Program-made: the position numbers and the translations under genes
The notes under the pieces: model-generated
What the model was told of the DNA's origin: nothing
Seen by the model: the letters and a program-made list of their open reading frames with translations, nothing else
The model's database searches: none
In this document: positions 1-9,334 of the stretch, piece by piece
Layout: each line of letters starts with the position of its first letter
Numbering within the stretch: the first letter of the stretch is position 1
Assembly (NCBI GenBank): GCA_937907425.1
Contig: CALCIE010000075.1
Location: 2,897 to 66,896, forward strand
DNA length: 64,000 nt
Reading direction: 5' to 3'
Source: an uncultured Pseudomonadota bacterium
Lineage (GTDB): Bacteria; Pseudomonadota; Gammaproteobacteria; Burkholderiales; SG8-39

Positions 1-599
1 ACCAGCGCCTGCGAGACCGTGAACTCGTTGATGATCACCAGCGCCGGCGCGAACCACATCGCCATGTAGATGGGCACGGACAGCGACATGGCGATCAGCA
101 CCGCCGTCATGAGCGCGGCGTAGCCCGCGCCGGCGTCGTTGCTCGCGCCGACCATCGCCGCAAAGCCCGCGCCGCCGATGCCCGCCGCCACCGCGAACAC
201 CGCAAAGCTCGCGATCAGCATGAACAGTCCCAGCAGCATCAGGCTGCCCAAGCGATGGCTGAAGCCCGCGAAGAGTTTGCCGAATTCGAGCCGCTCGCCC
301 GCGGCGAGCTGATGCGCGCCGAGCATGATGCCGCCCAGAAGCACGGGAACCGCAAGCGAGACCAGGATCTGGCCGATATAGGGCAGGAGCGCAAGCAGGA
401 TCATGATCACGCCCATGGCCAGAAACTGCCCCAGCCACACCAACGGCTGTTCCTTGAACAGCCCCCACGCTTGGGCGAGCCAGCTCAGGCCGCGGCCGGC
501 ATTGACGCTGCGTCCTTCCTCGACGAAAGCCCCTTCGCCGTCGATGATCGCCACGTCCTCGACCTGTGCTCCGGGTGCCGCATACGGATTGGTGGACAT
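1..599 (-). CDS. polytopic membrane protein of unknown function (C-terminal part lies beyond the window edge)
   Basis: Absent from the track because it is open at the edge. Minus-strand ATG at 599-597 is preceded by AGGAGGAGG (plus 602-610). My translation MSTNPYAAPGAQVEDVAIIDGEGAFVEEGRSVNAGRGLSWLAQAWGLFKEQPLVWLGQFLAMGVIMILLALLPYIGQILVSLAVPVLLGGIMLGAH... shows several hydrophobic helices and GC3-rich codons. Confidence 0.55.
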   Translation of the reverse strand, partial: MSTNPYAAPGAQVEDVAIIDGEGAFVEEGRSVNAGRGLSWLAQAWGLFKEQPLVWLGQFLAMGVIMILLALLPYIGQILVSLAVPVLLGGIMLGAHQLAAGERLEFGKLFAGFSHRLGSLMLLGLFMLIASFAVFAVAAGIGGAGFAAMVGASNDAGAGYAALMTAVLIAMSLSVPIYMAMWFAPALVIINEFTVSQAL

Positions 600-814
600 C
601 GCCTCCTCCTTTGTTGTTCGTGTACGCGCCAAGGAACAGCTTGCAGGCCGGCAGCCTATGGGAAGGGCTTCCGGGCCGCAAGCCTCGATGACATTGGAAT
701 GCGGAGTTTGGCGACCTCCGTGCAGCCGGAACCGGCCTTCTTCCCCCGAAGCCGGCCGGAATTGATGTCCGTCAGGTGCGGCCGCGCGCCGGTGCGCCGT
801 ATTACACTCCTCCC

Positions 815-1645
815 ATGCAGAAGGTTCATGAAGCCTACGTGCAACTGGCCGAGCGCATCGCCGCGCGGCTCGGCGGTCCGCGCGTGCGCGCGTTGCATCT
901 GCCGCCGCCGTCCGCCGGCAAGGACGCCGAGTTCTGCGCGCTGGAACTGGAGGACGGCGCCATCGGCCTGTCCTACATCCGCCTGGCAGGCACGGAAGCG
1001 GCGCTGCGCGAACGCTACGGCACGTCCGATTTGCACGGCGTCGAGGCCGCCGCGCTGGCACAGGACTTCGCCGCCGCGGACCCGGTGGCGCGCACGCTCG
1101 GCATGGCGGCGGTCAACGCGTTGTCGCAATCGCTGTTCACGCACGCCGGCTGGCAGCCTTCGGCAAGCGGCGACCCGCTGGGCGCGATCGATCCGCAGCC
1201 CGGCGAGCACATCGGCATGATCGGACTGTTCGCGCCGCTCGTGCCTGCCATCCTGAACGCGGGCGCACGGCTCACCGTCCTGGAACTGAAACCCGAGCTG
1301 GTGCGTGAAGAGGGCGCGCTGCGCGTGACGCTCGATCCCGCCGCGCTGCGCGACTGCGGCAAGGTGCTCAGCACCTGCACCGTGCTGCTCAACGACACCC
1401 TGGACGAGGTGCTGGCCGGCTGCCGCCACGCCCGTTACTTCGTCCTCGTCGGCCCCACCGCCGGCTGCGTGCCCGATCCGCTGTTCGAGCGCGGCGTGCA
1501 TGCCCTGGGCGGCCGGCGCGTGGTCGATCGCGAACGCTTTCTCGACGCCTTCCGCAGCGGCGGCAAATGGGGTCCTCATGCCGCCAAGTACGTGCTCGCG
1601 CGCGAGGACTATCCCGGCGTCGAAGCGCTGCTCGCGCGCCTCTAG
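815..1645 (+). CDS. DUF364 / Rossmann-like (putative metal-chelation) domain protein
   Basis: Track ORF 776..1645 starts at a GTG; I prefer the ATG at 815 (MQKVHEAY...). Blocks [37 protein letters not shown] and [24 protein letters not shown] resemble DUF364 as I remember the family. Confidence 0.6.
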   Translation: MQKVHEAYVQLAERIAARLGGPRVRALHLPPPSAGKDAEFCALELEDGAIGLSYIRLAGTEAALRERYGTSDLHGVEAAALAQDFAAADPVARTLGMAAVNALSQSLFTHAGWQPSASGDPLGAIDPQPGEHIGMIGLFAPLVPAILNAGARLTVLELKPELVREEGALRVTLDPAALRDCGKVLSTCTVLLNDTLDEVLAGCRHARYFVLVGPTAGCVPDPLFERGVHALGGRRVVDRERFLDAFRSGGKWGPHAAKYVLAREDYPGVEALLARL

Positions 1646-1674
1646 TTCACCCGGCACTCGATATCGGTACAAGG

Positions 1675-2007
1675 ATGACGAACTGGTTGTATCTCGCCGC
1701 CGCCATCGTCGCCGAAGTGGTGGCGACTTCGGCGCTCAAAGCGAGCGCAGGTTTCACCCGCTTACTGCCTTCGCTCATCGTCGTCGCGGGTTACGGCATC
1801 GCCTTCTATCTGCTCGCGCTGGCGCTGCGCACCATTCCCGTGGGCGTCGCCTACGCCGTATGGTCGGGCGCGGGCATCGTGCTGATCTCGATTGCGGGCT
1901 GGCTGCTGTTCGGTCAGCGACTCGACGGTCCCGCGCTGCTCGGCATCGCGTTGATCGTGGCCGGCGTGCTGGTGCTGCATCTTTTTTCGAAGTCCGTGGC
2001 CCATTGA
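1675..2007 (+). CDS. small multidrug resistance (SMR) family efflux protein, EmrE/QacE-like
   Basis: Track ORF 1567..2007. ATG at 1675 gives 110 aa, [24 protein letters not shown]..., with the conserved membrane-embedded Glu (AIVAEVV) and four TM helices. Confidence 0.85.
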   Translation: MTNWLYLAAAIVAEVVATSALKASAGFTRLLPSLIVVAGYGIAFYLLALALRTIPVGVAYAVWSGAGIVLISIAGWLLFGQRLDGPALLGIALIVAGVLVLHLFSKSVAH

Positions 2008-2232
2008 ATGGGGGCTTTGCAGCAACACGGCTGCGTCTCTTGCTGAGAATCGGCGCGTCCCGGCTTGCGCGCCAATGCTGCAATCCATCTCGGCGCGTTC
2101 CCTACGCTGTGTAGCGCCGCGCGGATATTGTGCCGCTTCGATCGGCGAAATCCGGATCAAACCCGGCCGTAAGTACGATTGCCGATCTACTAAGTTAGTT
2201 GATCGATTACGCAGCCCGATGAGCAATTCCCT

Positions 2233-2300
2233 CCGAAGTTCAATGACGCACAATTCGAACTTCGTGCTTCGGTCTGCTTGCCCTCTCCATTCGAAGTTCG
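2233..2300. repeat. three copies of a GAAnnTTC-type motif in a lower-GC spacer upstream of ynfA-like gene
   Basis: CCGAAGTTCAA (2233-2243), TTCGAACTTCG (2254-2264), TTCGAAGTTCG (2290-2300). Copies 1 and 2 are mutually inverted (CGAAGTTC / GAACTTCG). Confidence 0.3.
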
Positions 2301-2378
2301 CAGTGCATTGAGCGCCTTGCTGTATACACGACCGGCCCGCCGCTTATGATTGGCGCGTTCCAGCTTCAGTGTCGCGCC

Positions 2379-2714
2379 ATGTTCCCGCTCAAGACCGCCG
2401 CCCTTTTCGCCCTCACCGCCGTCGCGGAAATCGTCGGTTGCTATCTGCCCTATCTGTGGCTGCGTGAAGGCCGCAGCGCCTGGCTGCTCGTGCCGGCGGC
2501 GGCGAGCCTCGCGCTTTTCGCCTGGCTGCTATCGCTGCATCCGACCGCCGCCGGCCGCGTCTATGCCGCCTACGGCGGGGTCTACGTCTGCGCCGCGATC
2601 CTCTGGCTGTGGGCGGTAGACGGCATCCGTCCCACGGTATGGGATGTCGTCGGTTCGGCGGTGGCGCTCTGCGGCATGGCGATCATCATGTTCGCTCCGC
2701 GTGCGACGGGTTGA
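2379..2714 (+). CDS. YnfA / UPF0060 family small membrane protein
   Basis: ATG at 2379 ([31 protein letters not shown]...) gives about 111 aa with 4 TM. The AEIxGCYLPxxWL pattern is the YnfA signature as I recall it. Confidence 0.7.
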   Translation: MFPLKTAALFALTAVAEIVGCYLPYLWLREGRSAWLLVPAAASLALFAWLLSLHPTAAGRVYAAYGGVYVCAAILWLWAVDGIRPTVWDVVGSAVALCGMAIIMFAPRATG

Positions 2715-2751
2715 GACGCCGGGCACCGATCGTGCACGCCGGAACGCCGTC

Positions 2752-3297
2752 ATGTCCGCGCCCCTGACAATCTGGACAATCGGCCATTCCACGCGCCCGC
2801 TGGACGCGCTGCTCGACCTGCTGCGCGCGCACGGTATCGAGGCGCTGGCGGACGTGCGCCGCTATCCCGGCTCGCGCAAGCACCCGCACTTCAACCCCGA
2901 ACCGCTGCGCGCCGGCCTCGCCGCGGCCGGCATCGCCTATCACCCGTTTCCGGAGCTGGGCGGCCGGCGCGCGCCGCGGCCCGATTCGCCCCACACGGCC
3001 TGGCGCAATGCCGCGTTCCGCGGCTATGCCGACTACATGGATACGCCCGCTTTCGCACAGGCACTGGAACGGCTCGTCGCGCTTGCGCGCGCACGGCGCA
3101 CGGCGATGATGTGCGCCGAAGGCCTCTGGTGGCGCTGCCATCGCGCGCTGATCGCCGATGCGCTGAAAGCGCGCGGCGTGGAGGTGTTGCACATCGTGGA
3201 CAAGACCAGGACGGAAGCGCATCCCTACACTTCCGCCGCCCGGGTGGTGGACGGCCGGCTGCATTACGGTCCCGCCCAGGGGCGGCTGCCGTTCTGA
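2752..3297 (+). CDS. DUF488 domain protein
   Basis: ATG at 2752. IWTIGHSTRPLDALLDLL, ALADVRRYPGSRKHPHFN and MCAEGLWWRCHRALIAD blocks are typical of DUF488. Confidence 0.7.
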   Translation: MSAPLTIWTIGHSTRPLDALLDLLRAHGIEALADVRRYPGSRKHPHFNPEPLRAGLAAAGIAYHPFPELGGRRAPRPDSPHTAWRNAAFRGYADYMDTPAFAQALERLVALARARRTAMMCAEGLWWRCHRALIADALKARGVEVLHIVDKTRTEAHPYTSAARVVDGRLHYGPAQGRLPF

Positions 3298-3357
3298 GCG
3301 CGCGGTAGACTGTCGGCGCATGCCTGCGCGGCGTGCACCGGAAGAGGAGGAGGAACC

Positions 3358-4323
3358 ATGCAGCAGCTTTGTCGCCTCGCGGCGCTCGCGCTCGGCCTCT
3401 GCGCCGCGCCGCTGTCCGCGCTCTCTGCCAGCGTCACCGTCATCCCACTCGGCAGCCACGACGGCGAGTTCTGCCGCTACGACCGCGCGCTGATTTTCGA
3501 GGACCCGGACGGCACGCGCATCCTCTACGATGCCGGCCGCACCGTGCGCGGCCCCGACGATCCGCGCCTGGGCAGAATCGACGCGGTGCTGTTGAGCCAC
3601 GTGCACGGCGATCATCTGGGCGACGTGCATCAGCCCGAGGCCAATGCCGGCACCTGCGCCGAACCGGATTTCTCGGTGAAGATCACGCCGGTGTCGAACA
3701 CCGTCGCCATCGCGGCGGCGAAGAAGGCGAAGCTGGTGGTGGGCGGCGAGATGCCGGCCTTCTTCGCGCCCAAGTTGAAAGCCGCGGGCGGCGATCCGAA
3801 GCAGGTGCAGCCGCTGCGCTTCGGCGCGATGACGAAGATCGGCGGCGTGGAGATCGCCAGCGTGCCGGCGGTGCACAGCAACGGGCTCGACCCCAAGTTC
3901 ATCGAGCACGAACATGCGCAGGCGCTCGCGGCGAGCGGACTCACCGCGTATGTGGGTCCGCCCGGCGGCTATGTGCTGCGCTTCAGCAACGGTCTCGTCG
4001 CCTATCTTTCCGGCGATACGGGCATCACCGCCGAACAGGATCTGGTGGTGCGCCGTCACTACCGGGCGCAGCTCGCGGTGCTGAACATCGGCGGCACGTT
4101 CACGACCGGCCCCGCGGAAGCGGCCTACGTGATCAACGAGCTCGTCAAGCCGGCGAGCGTGATCGCCTCGCATGCGAACGAAGAGGCGACGCGCAACGGC
4201 AAACTGCTGCCCGGCACGAAGACCGCGGCGTTCAAGCAGGCGGTGCGGGTACCGGTACATGTGCCCTTGAGCGGCAAGCCGATGCAGTTCGATGCCGAGG
4301 GCAAGTGCGTGGCGGGCTGCTGA
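3358..4323 (+). CDS. secreted MBL-fold metallo-hydrolase
   Basis: Strong RBS GAGGAGGAGGAA before ATG 3358. Signal peptide MQQLCRLAALALGLCAAPLSALSA. HxHxDH motif in LLSHVHGDHLGD. Confidence 0.75.
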   Translation: MQQLCRLAALALGLCAAPLSALSASVTVIPLGSHDGEFCRYDRALIFEDPDGTRILYDAGRTVRGPDDPRLGRIDAVLLSHVHGDHLGDVHQPEANAGTCAEPDFSVKITPVSNTVAIAAAKKAKLVVGGEMPAFFAPKLKAAGGDPKQVQPLRFGAMTKIGGVEIASVPAVHSNGLDPKFIEHEHAQALAASGLTAYVGPPGGYVLRFSNGLVAYLSGDTGITAEQDLVVRRHYRAQLAVLNIGGTFTTGPAEAAYVINELVKPASVIASHANEEATRNGKLLPGTKTAAFKQAVRVPVHVPLSGKPMQFDAEGKCVAGC

Positions 4324-4345
4324 GGCCCGGCGTCGGATGAAACGG

Positions 4346-4371
4346 CGAGGCGCGCGAGCATGCGCGCCTCG
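4346..4371. terminator. GC-rich hairpin between convergent genes (possible bidirectional terminator / mRNA stabiliser)
   Basis: CGAGGCGCGC-GAGCAT-GCGCGCCTCG, a 10-bp perfect stem between the MBL stop (4323) and the SBP stop (4381). No U-tract on either side. Confidence 0.3.
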
Positions 4372-4380
4372 CGCATCGCG

Positions 4381-5499
4381 TCAGTCGCGGAACACGCGGT
4401 CCCGGCCAAGCATGGTGAGGGTGACGAAACGGCTGCCGTCGCGGTTCTCCGGCGAGAAGCGCACGGTATAGCCGCCGACGTCGAGATCGTGGAGGCTGTC
4501 GAGCGCCTTCACCAGCGCGGCCCGCGTCGGATTGGGGCCGGCGCGTTTGAGGCCTTCCACCAGCGTCTTCGCGGCGATGTAGCTCTCCAGCGCGGTGAAG
4601 GAATCGGCCTTGTCGGGCGCGACCTTGGCGATCGCCTCCTTGAATTCGCGCACGACCGGAATGGTGATGCGCGAAGGCGTGGGCACCACCTGCGACATCA
4701 GCACGCCGACACCCTTGTCGCCCAGTTCCGCGGCAAGGGCGTTGGCGCCCGCGAAGGAGGTGCTCACGAATTGCGCGTTGGAACCTTGCGCGCGGGCGCG
4801 CTTGATGAATTCCGCCGTGGCGTCGTAGCGCGTGGTGGCGATCACCACCTGCGGGTTGGCTTTCAGCACGGCCGCGACCGAGGCCGTCACCGCTTCCTTG
4901 CCGCGTTCGATCGCGGCGACGGCGACGGGGCTGAGCTTGTGGGCCTTGAGCGCCCGTTCCACCGCGGCCAGGTTCTGTTTGCCGACCGGGTCGTCGTAGT
5001 GCACGATCGCGAAACGCGTCATGCCGAGCGTGCCGTAGTGCTCGACGATCTTCTCCAGTTCGTCGGCGTAGCTCGCGCGCAGGTTGTACACGTAAGGACG
5101 CTGGCGCAGCACGTCGGCGCCGCTGAAGGGCGCGAAGAACGGCACCTTGGCCCGTTCCGCGATTTCCAGCGCCGGCACGCTGAGCGTGGCGCTGCCGTAG
5201 CCGAACAGGGCGATGACGTTGCGTTCGTCCACCAGCGTCGCGGTGTTGGCCTTGGCCTTGGCGACGTCGTTGGCGTCGTCGAGCGAGACCAGTTCGATCT
5301 TGCGCCCGTGTACGCCGCCGGCGGCGTTCACTTTGTTGAAATAGGCGAGCGCGCCGGCACGGATATCCTGTCCGACCGCCATGACCGGACCCGACAACGG
5401 CGCAGACTGACCGATGAGCAAAGGCGATTGCGCGCAGGCCGCGCCGGCGAAGAACATGCCGGCCAGCGCCGCCACGCGCAGGGCGAGCGAGCGAATCAT
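4381..5499 (-). CDS. periplasmic solute-binding protein, type-1 PBP fold (Leu/Ile/Val-binding-like), orphan
   Basis: GGAG RBS. Signal peptide MIRSLALRVAALAGMFFAGAACAQS. Blocks IGQSAPLSGP, AGGVHGRKIELVSLDD, ALFGYGSA. No permease or ATPase genes adjacent. Confidence 0.8.
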   Translation of the reverse strand: MIRSLALRVAALAGMFFAGAACAQSPLLIGQSAPLSGPVMAVGQDIRAGALAYFNKVNAAGGVHGRKIELVSLDDANDVAKAKANTATLVDERNVIALFGYGSATLSVPALEIAERAKVPFFAPFSGADVLRQRPYVYNLRASYADELEKIVEHYGTLGMTRFAIVHYDDPVGKQNLAAVERALKAHKLSPVAVAAIERGKEAVTASVAAVLKANPQVVIATTRYDATAEFIKRARAQGSNAQFVSTSFAGANALAAELGDKGVGVLMSQVVPTPSRITIPVVREFKEAIAKVAPDKADSFTALESYIAAKTLVEGLKRAGPNPTRAALVKALDSLHDLDVGGYTVRFSPENRDGSRFVTLTMLGRDRVFRD

Positions 5500-5565
5500 C
5501 GTCTACTCCGTGTTGTAGTTGTTGGAGGGTGGAACTTCGTCACGCGGTGCGGCACGATGCCGCGC

Positions 5566-5603
5566 AAAAAAACCGCGCCGCTGCGGCCGGGGCCGGAGCG
5601 GCG
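5566..5603 (-). terminator. rho-independent terminator downstream of the PBP gene
   Basis: Minus strand: imperfect GC hairpin (plus 5576-5603, CGCCGCTGCGGCC...GGCCGGAGCGGCG, one G:G mismatch), then CGG and T7 (plus A-run 5566-5572). Confidence 0.5.
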
Positions 5604-5716
5604 GAACGATTCTATCGACGGACGTGACGAGCGCCCGCTAAAAAAGCCTTATGCGGGCATTAGCGCGGGAACGGACAAAGCGCAGCCTGCGACTGCACGC
5701 GCGCGACGCCTGAACG

Positions 5717-8071
5717 CTAGCGTTGCGCTTCCTCCAAGGCGCGCTGAATGCGCGCGCCGACGCTTTCGAGCGTGCGGATGCCTTCTTCGATGCTGCGCGC
5801 CGCTTCCTCGAAGTCGCGGTAGACGGATTCGTCCTCGGGCGGATTGCGATCCTCGACCGGCGCGGGCGGCTGCCGTCCCCCTTCCTCGGCGTCCTCGCCG
5901 CCCCAGCGGCGCAGCGTGCGGTTGAGGCTGTCCCACCAGTCGCGGAAGATGTTCTCGCCGCGCGGGCGCGGAAACTCGGCCGACTCGTCGAGCAGGCCGG
6001 CGCGGAAGGCGCGGCGGTAGAAATCGCCGACGATGAGCAGCGCGTTGTTGCCGCCCTGCCCCCAGTAGGCGCTGCGCATGTGCACGCGCGGATCGTTGAA
6101 GCCCACCCATGCGCCGGCCACCAGTTGCGGATGCATGAGGATGAACCAGCCGTCGGCGTTGCTCTGCGTCGTCCCTGTCTTGCCCGCCACGTCGGCATCG
6201 ATGCCGAAGCGCGTACGGACGCCGCGGCCGGTGCCTTCGTCGATCGCCGCGCGCAGCATGTCGATGAGCTCGATCGCCGTCTCTTCCTTCATCACCGCCT
6301 GGTGCTCGCGGCCGAATTCCTCCAGCACGTTGCCGTGGCGGTCGGTGATGCGCCAGACCATCCACGGCGCCTTGTAGCGGCCGCGGTCGGCGATGGTGGC
6401 GTAGGCCGACACCATTTCCAGCAGGCTCACGGGACTGGTGCCGAGCGCGAGCGACGGCACGGGCTGCAGCGCGCTGTTGCGTACGCCGAGCCGGCGCGCC
6501 GTATCGACCACCGCCTCGGCGCCGATTTCGCGGATCACCTGTGCAGTGATGTTGTTCTTGGAATAGATCAGCCCGTCGCGCATGGGCACCGGCTCGCCCG
6601 TGGGTTTGCGGGCGTCGGCCGGCCGCCACACGCTGCCGTCGGGCATGGGGATTTCGACTCTCAAGTCCGGGAAGGTGCGGCGCCCGTCGATGCCGCGCTC
6701 CAGGGCCGCGGCATAAACGAAAGCCTTGAATGTGGAGCCCGGCTGGCGCTGCGCGGCGTTGACGTGGTCGTATTGGTCGAGGCCGAAGTCGCGGCTGCCC
6801 ACCCAGGCACGCACCGCGCCGGACTGCGGTTCGATGGCGACGAAACCCGCCTGCAGACGCGTCTTCTCCGCGCGCAGCTTCTTCAGGAAGCTGCCGTCCT
6901 CGCGCAGGCGCGCCAGCGCCGCCTCCGGCGCTTCGCCAGAAGCGACGGCCTTGCGGTATTCCTCGCTCGCGACGATGAACTGCTCGAGCAGGTCGGCGCG
7001 GCTGCGCCAGAAGTAGTCGAAGGGCTGGACGCGCTTGGCGAGCGCCACATAGTGGCGCGGATCGGTGGCGCGCAAGCTGTTCTTGGGCGCCGACCATTCC
7101 ACGTCCGCGACGGCCTGCAAGTACGCGGTCTGGCGTTCGACCGCCTCGTTGGCGAGCGCCTGCAGCCTGCGGTCGATGGTGGTGTGCACGCGCAGCCCGT
7201 CCGCATAGATGTCGTAGCCGCGTTCCGCCGCCCATTCGGCGAGCCAGTTGCGGATCTGATAGGCGAAATGCGGCGCCGGCCCCAGCGCCTCGGCCGGCGG
7301 ATTGAAGTCGAGCTTGAGCGGCCGCTTCTGCAGGCGTGCGGCGGTCTGCCCGTCGAGCATCCCGCGTTTCGCCATCTGCGCCAGCACCACGTTGCGCCGC
7401 TCGAGCGCGCGCTCCGGATGGATGCGCGGGTTGTAGTAGTAGGTGCCCTTCAACATGCCCACCAGCGTGGCGCTCTCCAGCACGTCCAGTTCCGCGGCCG
7501 GTTTGTCGAAATAGGTGTGCGCCGCCATCTCCACACCGTGGGCGTTGTAGAGGAAGGGCACGGTATTCACGTAGAGCTCGAGGATCTGTTCCTTGCTGTA
7601 GGCGCGTTCGAGCTTGAAGGCGGTGATCATCTCCTTCAGCTTGCGCGTGACCGAACGCGAACGGCCCAATTCGTCCGGATAGAGGTTGCGCGCGAGCTGC
7701 TGCGTGATGGTAGAACCGCCCTGCATATCGCCGCGCAGGGTGTGCACGACGGAAGCGAGCGTGCGCCGCCAGTCGATGCCGCGGTGCTCGTAGAAACGAT
7801 GGTCCTCGGTGGCGATCAGCGCTCGGACGAAATGCGGCGCGACTTTGTCGAGGCTTACCCAGTTGCGGTTGACGCGCCGGTAGGCGGTGAGTACCGAGCC
7901 GTCGGTGGCGAGCAGCAGCGACGGTTCTTCGGTGCTGCCCTTGTAGGCGTTGGACACATCGGGCGTGAGGGGGATGAGCAGCAGGACGTAGACGATGCAC
8001 AACGCCGCGCACGCCGCCCCCAGCCGGAGAAGTCCCTTGCCCGCCGCGCGCAGGCGTGCCGCGAAGGACAT
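5717..8071 (-). CDS. class A penicillin-binding protein (bifunctional transglycosylase/transpeptidase, PBP1A family)
   Basis: GT51 motifs EDHRFYEHRGID and GGSTITQQLARN. Transpeptidase motifs STFK, SKN, KTGT. One N-terminal TM. Start is ambiguous: ATG 8071 (chosen) or TTG 8134 (track start). Confidence 0.9.
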   Translation of the reverse strand: MSFAARLRAAGKGLLRLGAACAALCIVYVLLLIPLTPDVSNAYKGSTEEPSLLLATDGSVLTAYRRVNRNWVSLDKVAPHFVRALIATEDHRFYEHRGIDWRRTLASVVHTLRGDMQGGSTITQQLARNLYPDELGRSRSVTRKLKEMITAFKLERAYSKEQILELYVNTVPFLYNAHGVEMAAHTYFDKPAAELDVLESATLVGMLKGTYYYNPRIHPERALERRNVVLAQMAKRGMLDGQTAARLQKRPLKLDFNPPAEALGPAPHFAYQIRNWLAEWAAERGYDIYADGLRVHTTIDRRLQALANEAVERQTAYLQAVADVEWSAPKNSLRATDPRHYVALAKRVQPFDYFWRSRADLLEQFIVASEEYRKAVASGEAPEAALARLREDGSFLKKLRAEKTRLQAGFVAIEPQSGAVRAWVGSRDFGLDQYDHVNAAQRQPGSTFKAFVYAAALERGIDGRRTFPDLRVEIPMPDGSVWRPADARKPTGEPVPMRDGLIYSKNNITAQVIREIGAEAVVDTARRLGVRNSALQPVPSLALGTSPVSLLEMVSAYATIADRGRYKAPWMVWRITDRHGNVLEEFGREHQAVMKEETAIELIDMLRAAIDEGTGRGVRTRFGIDADVAGKTGTTQSNADGWFILMHPQLVAGAWVGFNDPRVHMRSAYWGQGGNNALLIVGDFYRRAFRAGLLDESAEFPRPRGENIFRDWWDSLNRTLRRWGGEDAEEGGRQPPAPVEDRNPPEDESVYRDFEEAARSIEEGIRTLESVGARIQRALEEAQR

Positions 8072-8270
8072 GCCGCCGGCAAAGGCGATGCGCCAGGGTT
8101 CGACAAATGCGGCGAATAAGGACTTGTGTTTCAAGGCGTCCGTGAAGCCAGACGGGAGCTTTGGATTCTATCGGCGAACCCGGGCCGAAACCGGGCCGGA
8201 ATCAGGCAGCGAACGGCAAAGTCCGTCGGGCAACGACGACAGATGTTAAGAACGCCGGGGTACGGCCCCA

Positions 8271-8301
8271 AACAAAAAGGGCGCTTGCCGGAAGCGCCCT
8301 T
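8271..8301 (-). terminator. rho-independent terminator downstream of lipoprotein gene
   Basis: Minus strand AAGGGCGCTT-CCGGC-AAGCGCCCTT (10-bp stem, plus 8277-8301) followed by TTTTTGTT. Confidence 0.7.
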
Positions 8302-8322
8302 CGAAGTCGGATTCCAATAGCT

Positions 8323-8595
8323 TCACTTCGATTCTGAATCTCCTGCCGGGTTCTTGGGTGCCATGCGGCCCGCACGGGTCCAGACCGAATCCGTGCTCTC
8401 GGAACTCGAACCGCTTGCGGATTCGCCGGCCGAGCCTGATGCCGCGGGCGCTTCGCTCGCCGTACTGCCGGAGGAGCCGGAAGAGCCCGTCGCGGCGGCC
8501 GGCGGCGCGCTGGAACTGCCCGTATTGGTCTCCTTCTCGCCGCAGCCTACCAGCGCAAGCACGGCCAATGCCATAATGGCCAAGATTCTCTGCAT
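8323..8595 (-). CDS. small lipoprotein with Ser/Gly/Ala-rich low-complexity mature region
   Basis: RBS AAGGAGA. Lipobox in MQRILAIMALAVLALVGC. Remainder is low complexity. Confidence 0.6.
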   Translation of the reverse strand: MQRILAIMALAVLALVGCGEKETNTGSSSAPPAAATGSSGSSGSTASEAPAASGSAGESASGSSSESTDSVWTRAGRMAPKNPAGDSESK

Positions 8596-8665
8596 GGATG
8601 TCTCCTTTTCCTGGGGAAATCGTACTGCCCTTTAACCAGCGCCACGACCACCAGCAAGAAGAACC

Positions 8666-9112
8666 ATGAAGCTGCTCAGCTCTCTAGCGATCGCAACGCT
8701 AGCCCTCCTTACAGCCAGTACAGCATACGGCTTCGAGGATGGGACCGCAATAAAAGTAAAGACCATCCTGAAGACCACCACGACCTGGGAAGGCAAACCC
8801 ATCGTCTATCCGCAGGGTCAGGCCGAGATCACCGGCCTGACGATCGAACTGGCCCCGGGCGGCGAGACGGGCTGGCATGCCCATCCCGTCCCTTCCTTCG
8901 GCATGATCCTGGAGGGCACCCTGGCCGTGACGTTGAAGGACGGCCGCACTCGCGTCTTCCAAGCCGGCGATTCGGTGGCCGAGGTGATCGGCACCCTGCA
9001 CAACGGCCGCAACGTCGGGGAAGGGCCGGTGAAGCTGCTGGTGTTCTACGCCGGCAGCGTCGATACGCCCCTCACCGTCAAAGCGCCGGCCGAAAGCCAG
9101 GACAAGCGCTGA
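8666..9112 (+). CDS. secreted cupin-domain protein
   Basis: Signal peptide MKLLSSLAIATLALLTASTAYG. Cupin motifs GGETGWHAHP and GTLHNGRN. The 5' end has visibly lower GC. Confidence 0.75.
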   Translation: MKLLSSLAIATLALLTASTAYGFEDGTAIKVKTILKTTTTWEGKPIVYPQGQAEITGLTIELAPGGETGWHAHPVPSFGMILEGTLAVTLKDGRTRVFQAGDSVAEVIGTLHNGRNVGEGPVKLLVFYAGSVDTPLTVKAPAESQDKR

Positions 9113-9330
9113 TGGGCCTGCGCAAGCTGCTCGGCGTGGCGCTGATCGCAGCAGGCGTACTGGGTCTGGTCTACGGCGGTTTCAGCTATACCAAGGAAAA
9201 GCACGGCGCCAGGATCGGTCCCTTCGAACTCTCCATCGCGGAGAAGGAACGGGTCAACGTGCCGGTCTGGGCGGGCGTGGGCGCGATCGCCGTCGGGGTC
9301 GTGCTGCTGCTCGCCGGCCCCAGACGCTAG
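9112..9330 (+). CDS. 72-aa two-TM membrane protein
   Basis: Its ATG overlaps the cupin stop (TGATG at 9110-9114). Helices LLGVALIAAGVLGLVYGG and VWAGVGAIAVGVVLLLAG. Confidence 0.5.
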   Translation: MGLRKLLGVALIAAGVLGLVYGGFSYTKEKHGARIGPFELSIAEKERVNVPVWAGVGAIAVGVVLLLAGPRR

Positions 9331-9334
9331 ACGC

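Noticed and set aside
5723-8119. 798-aa plus-strand ORF and 787-aa alternative-frame minus ORF (5649..8012) over the PBP gene
   Set aside because: The frame 5717..8134 contains all GT51 and transpeptidase motifs. The others are shadow frames.
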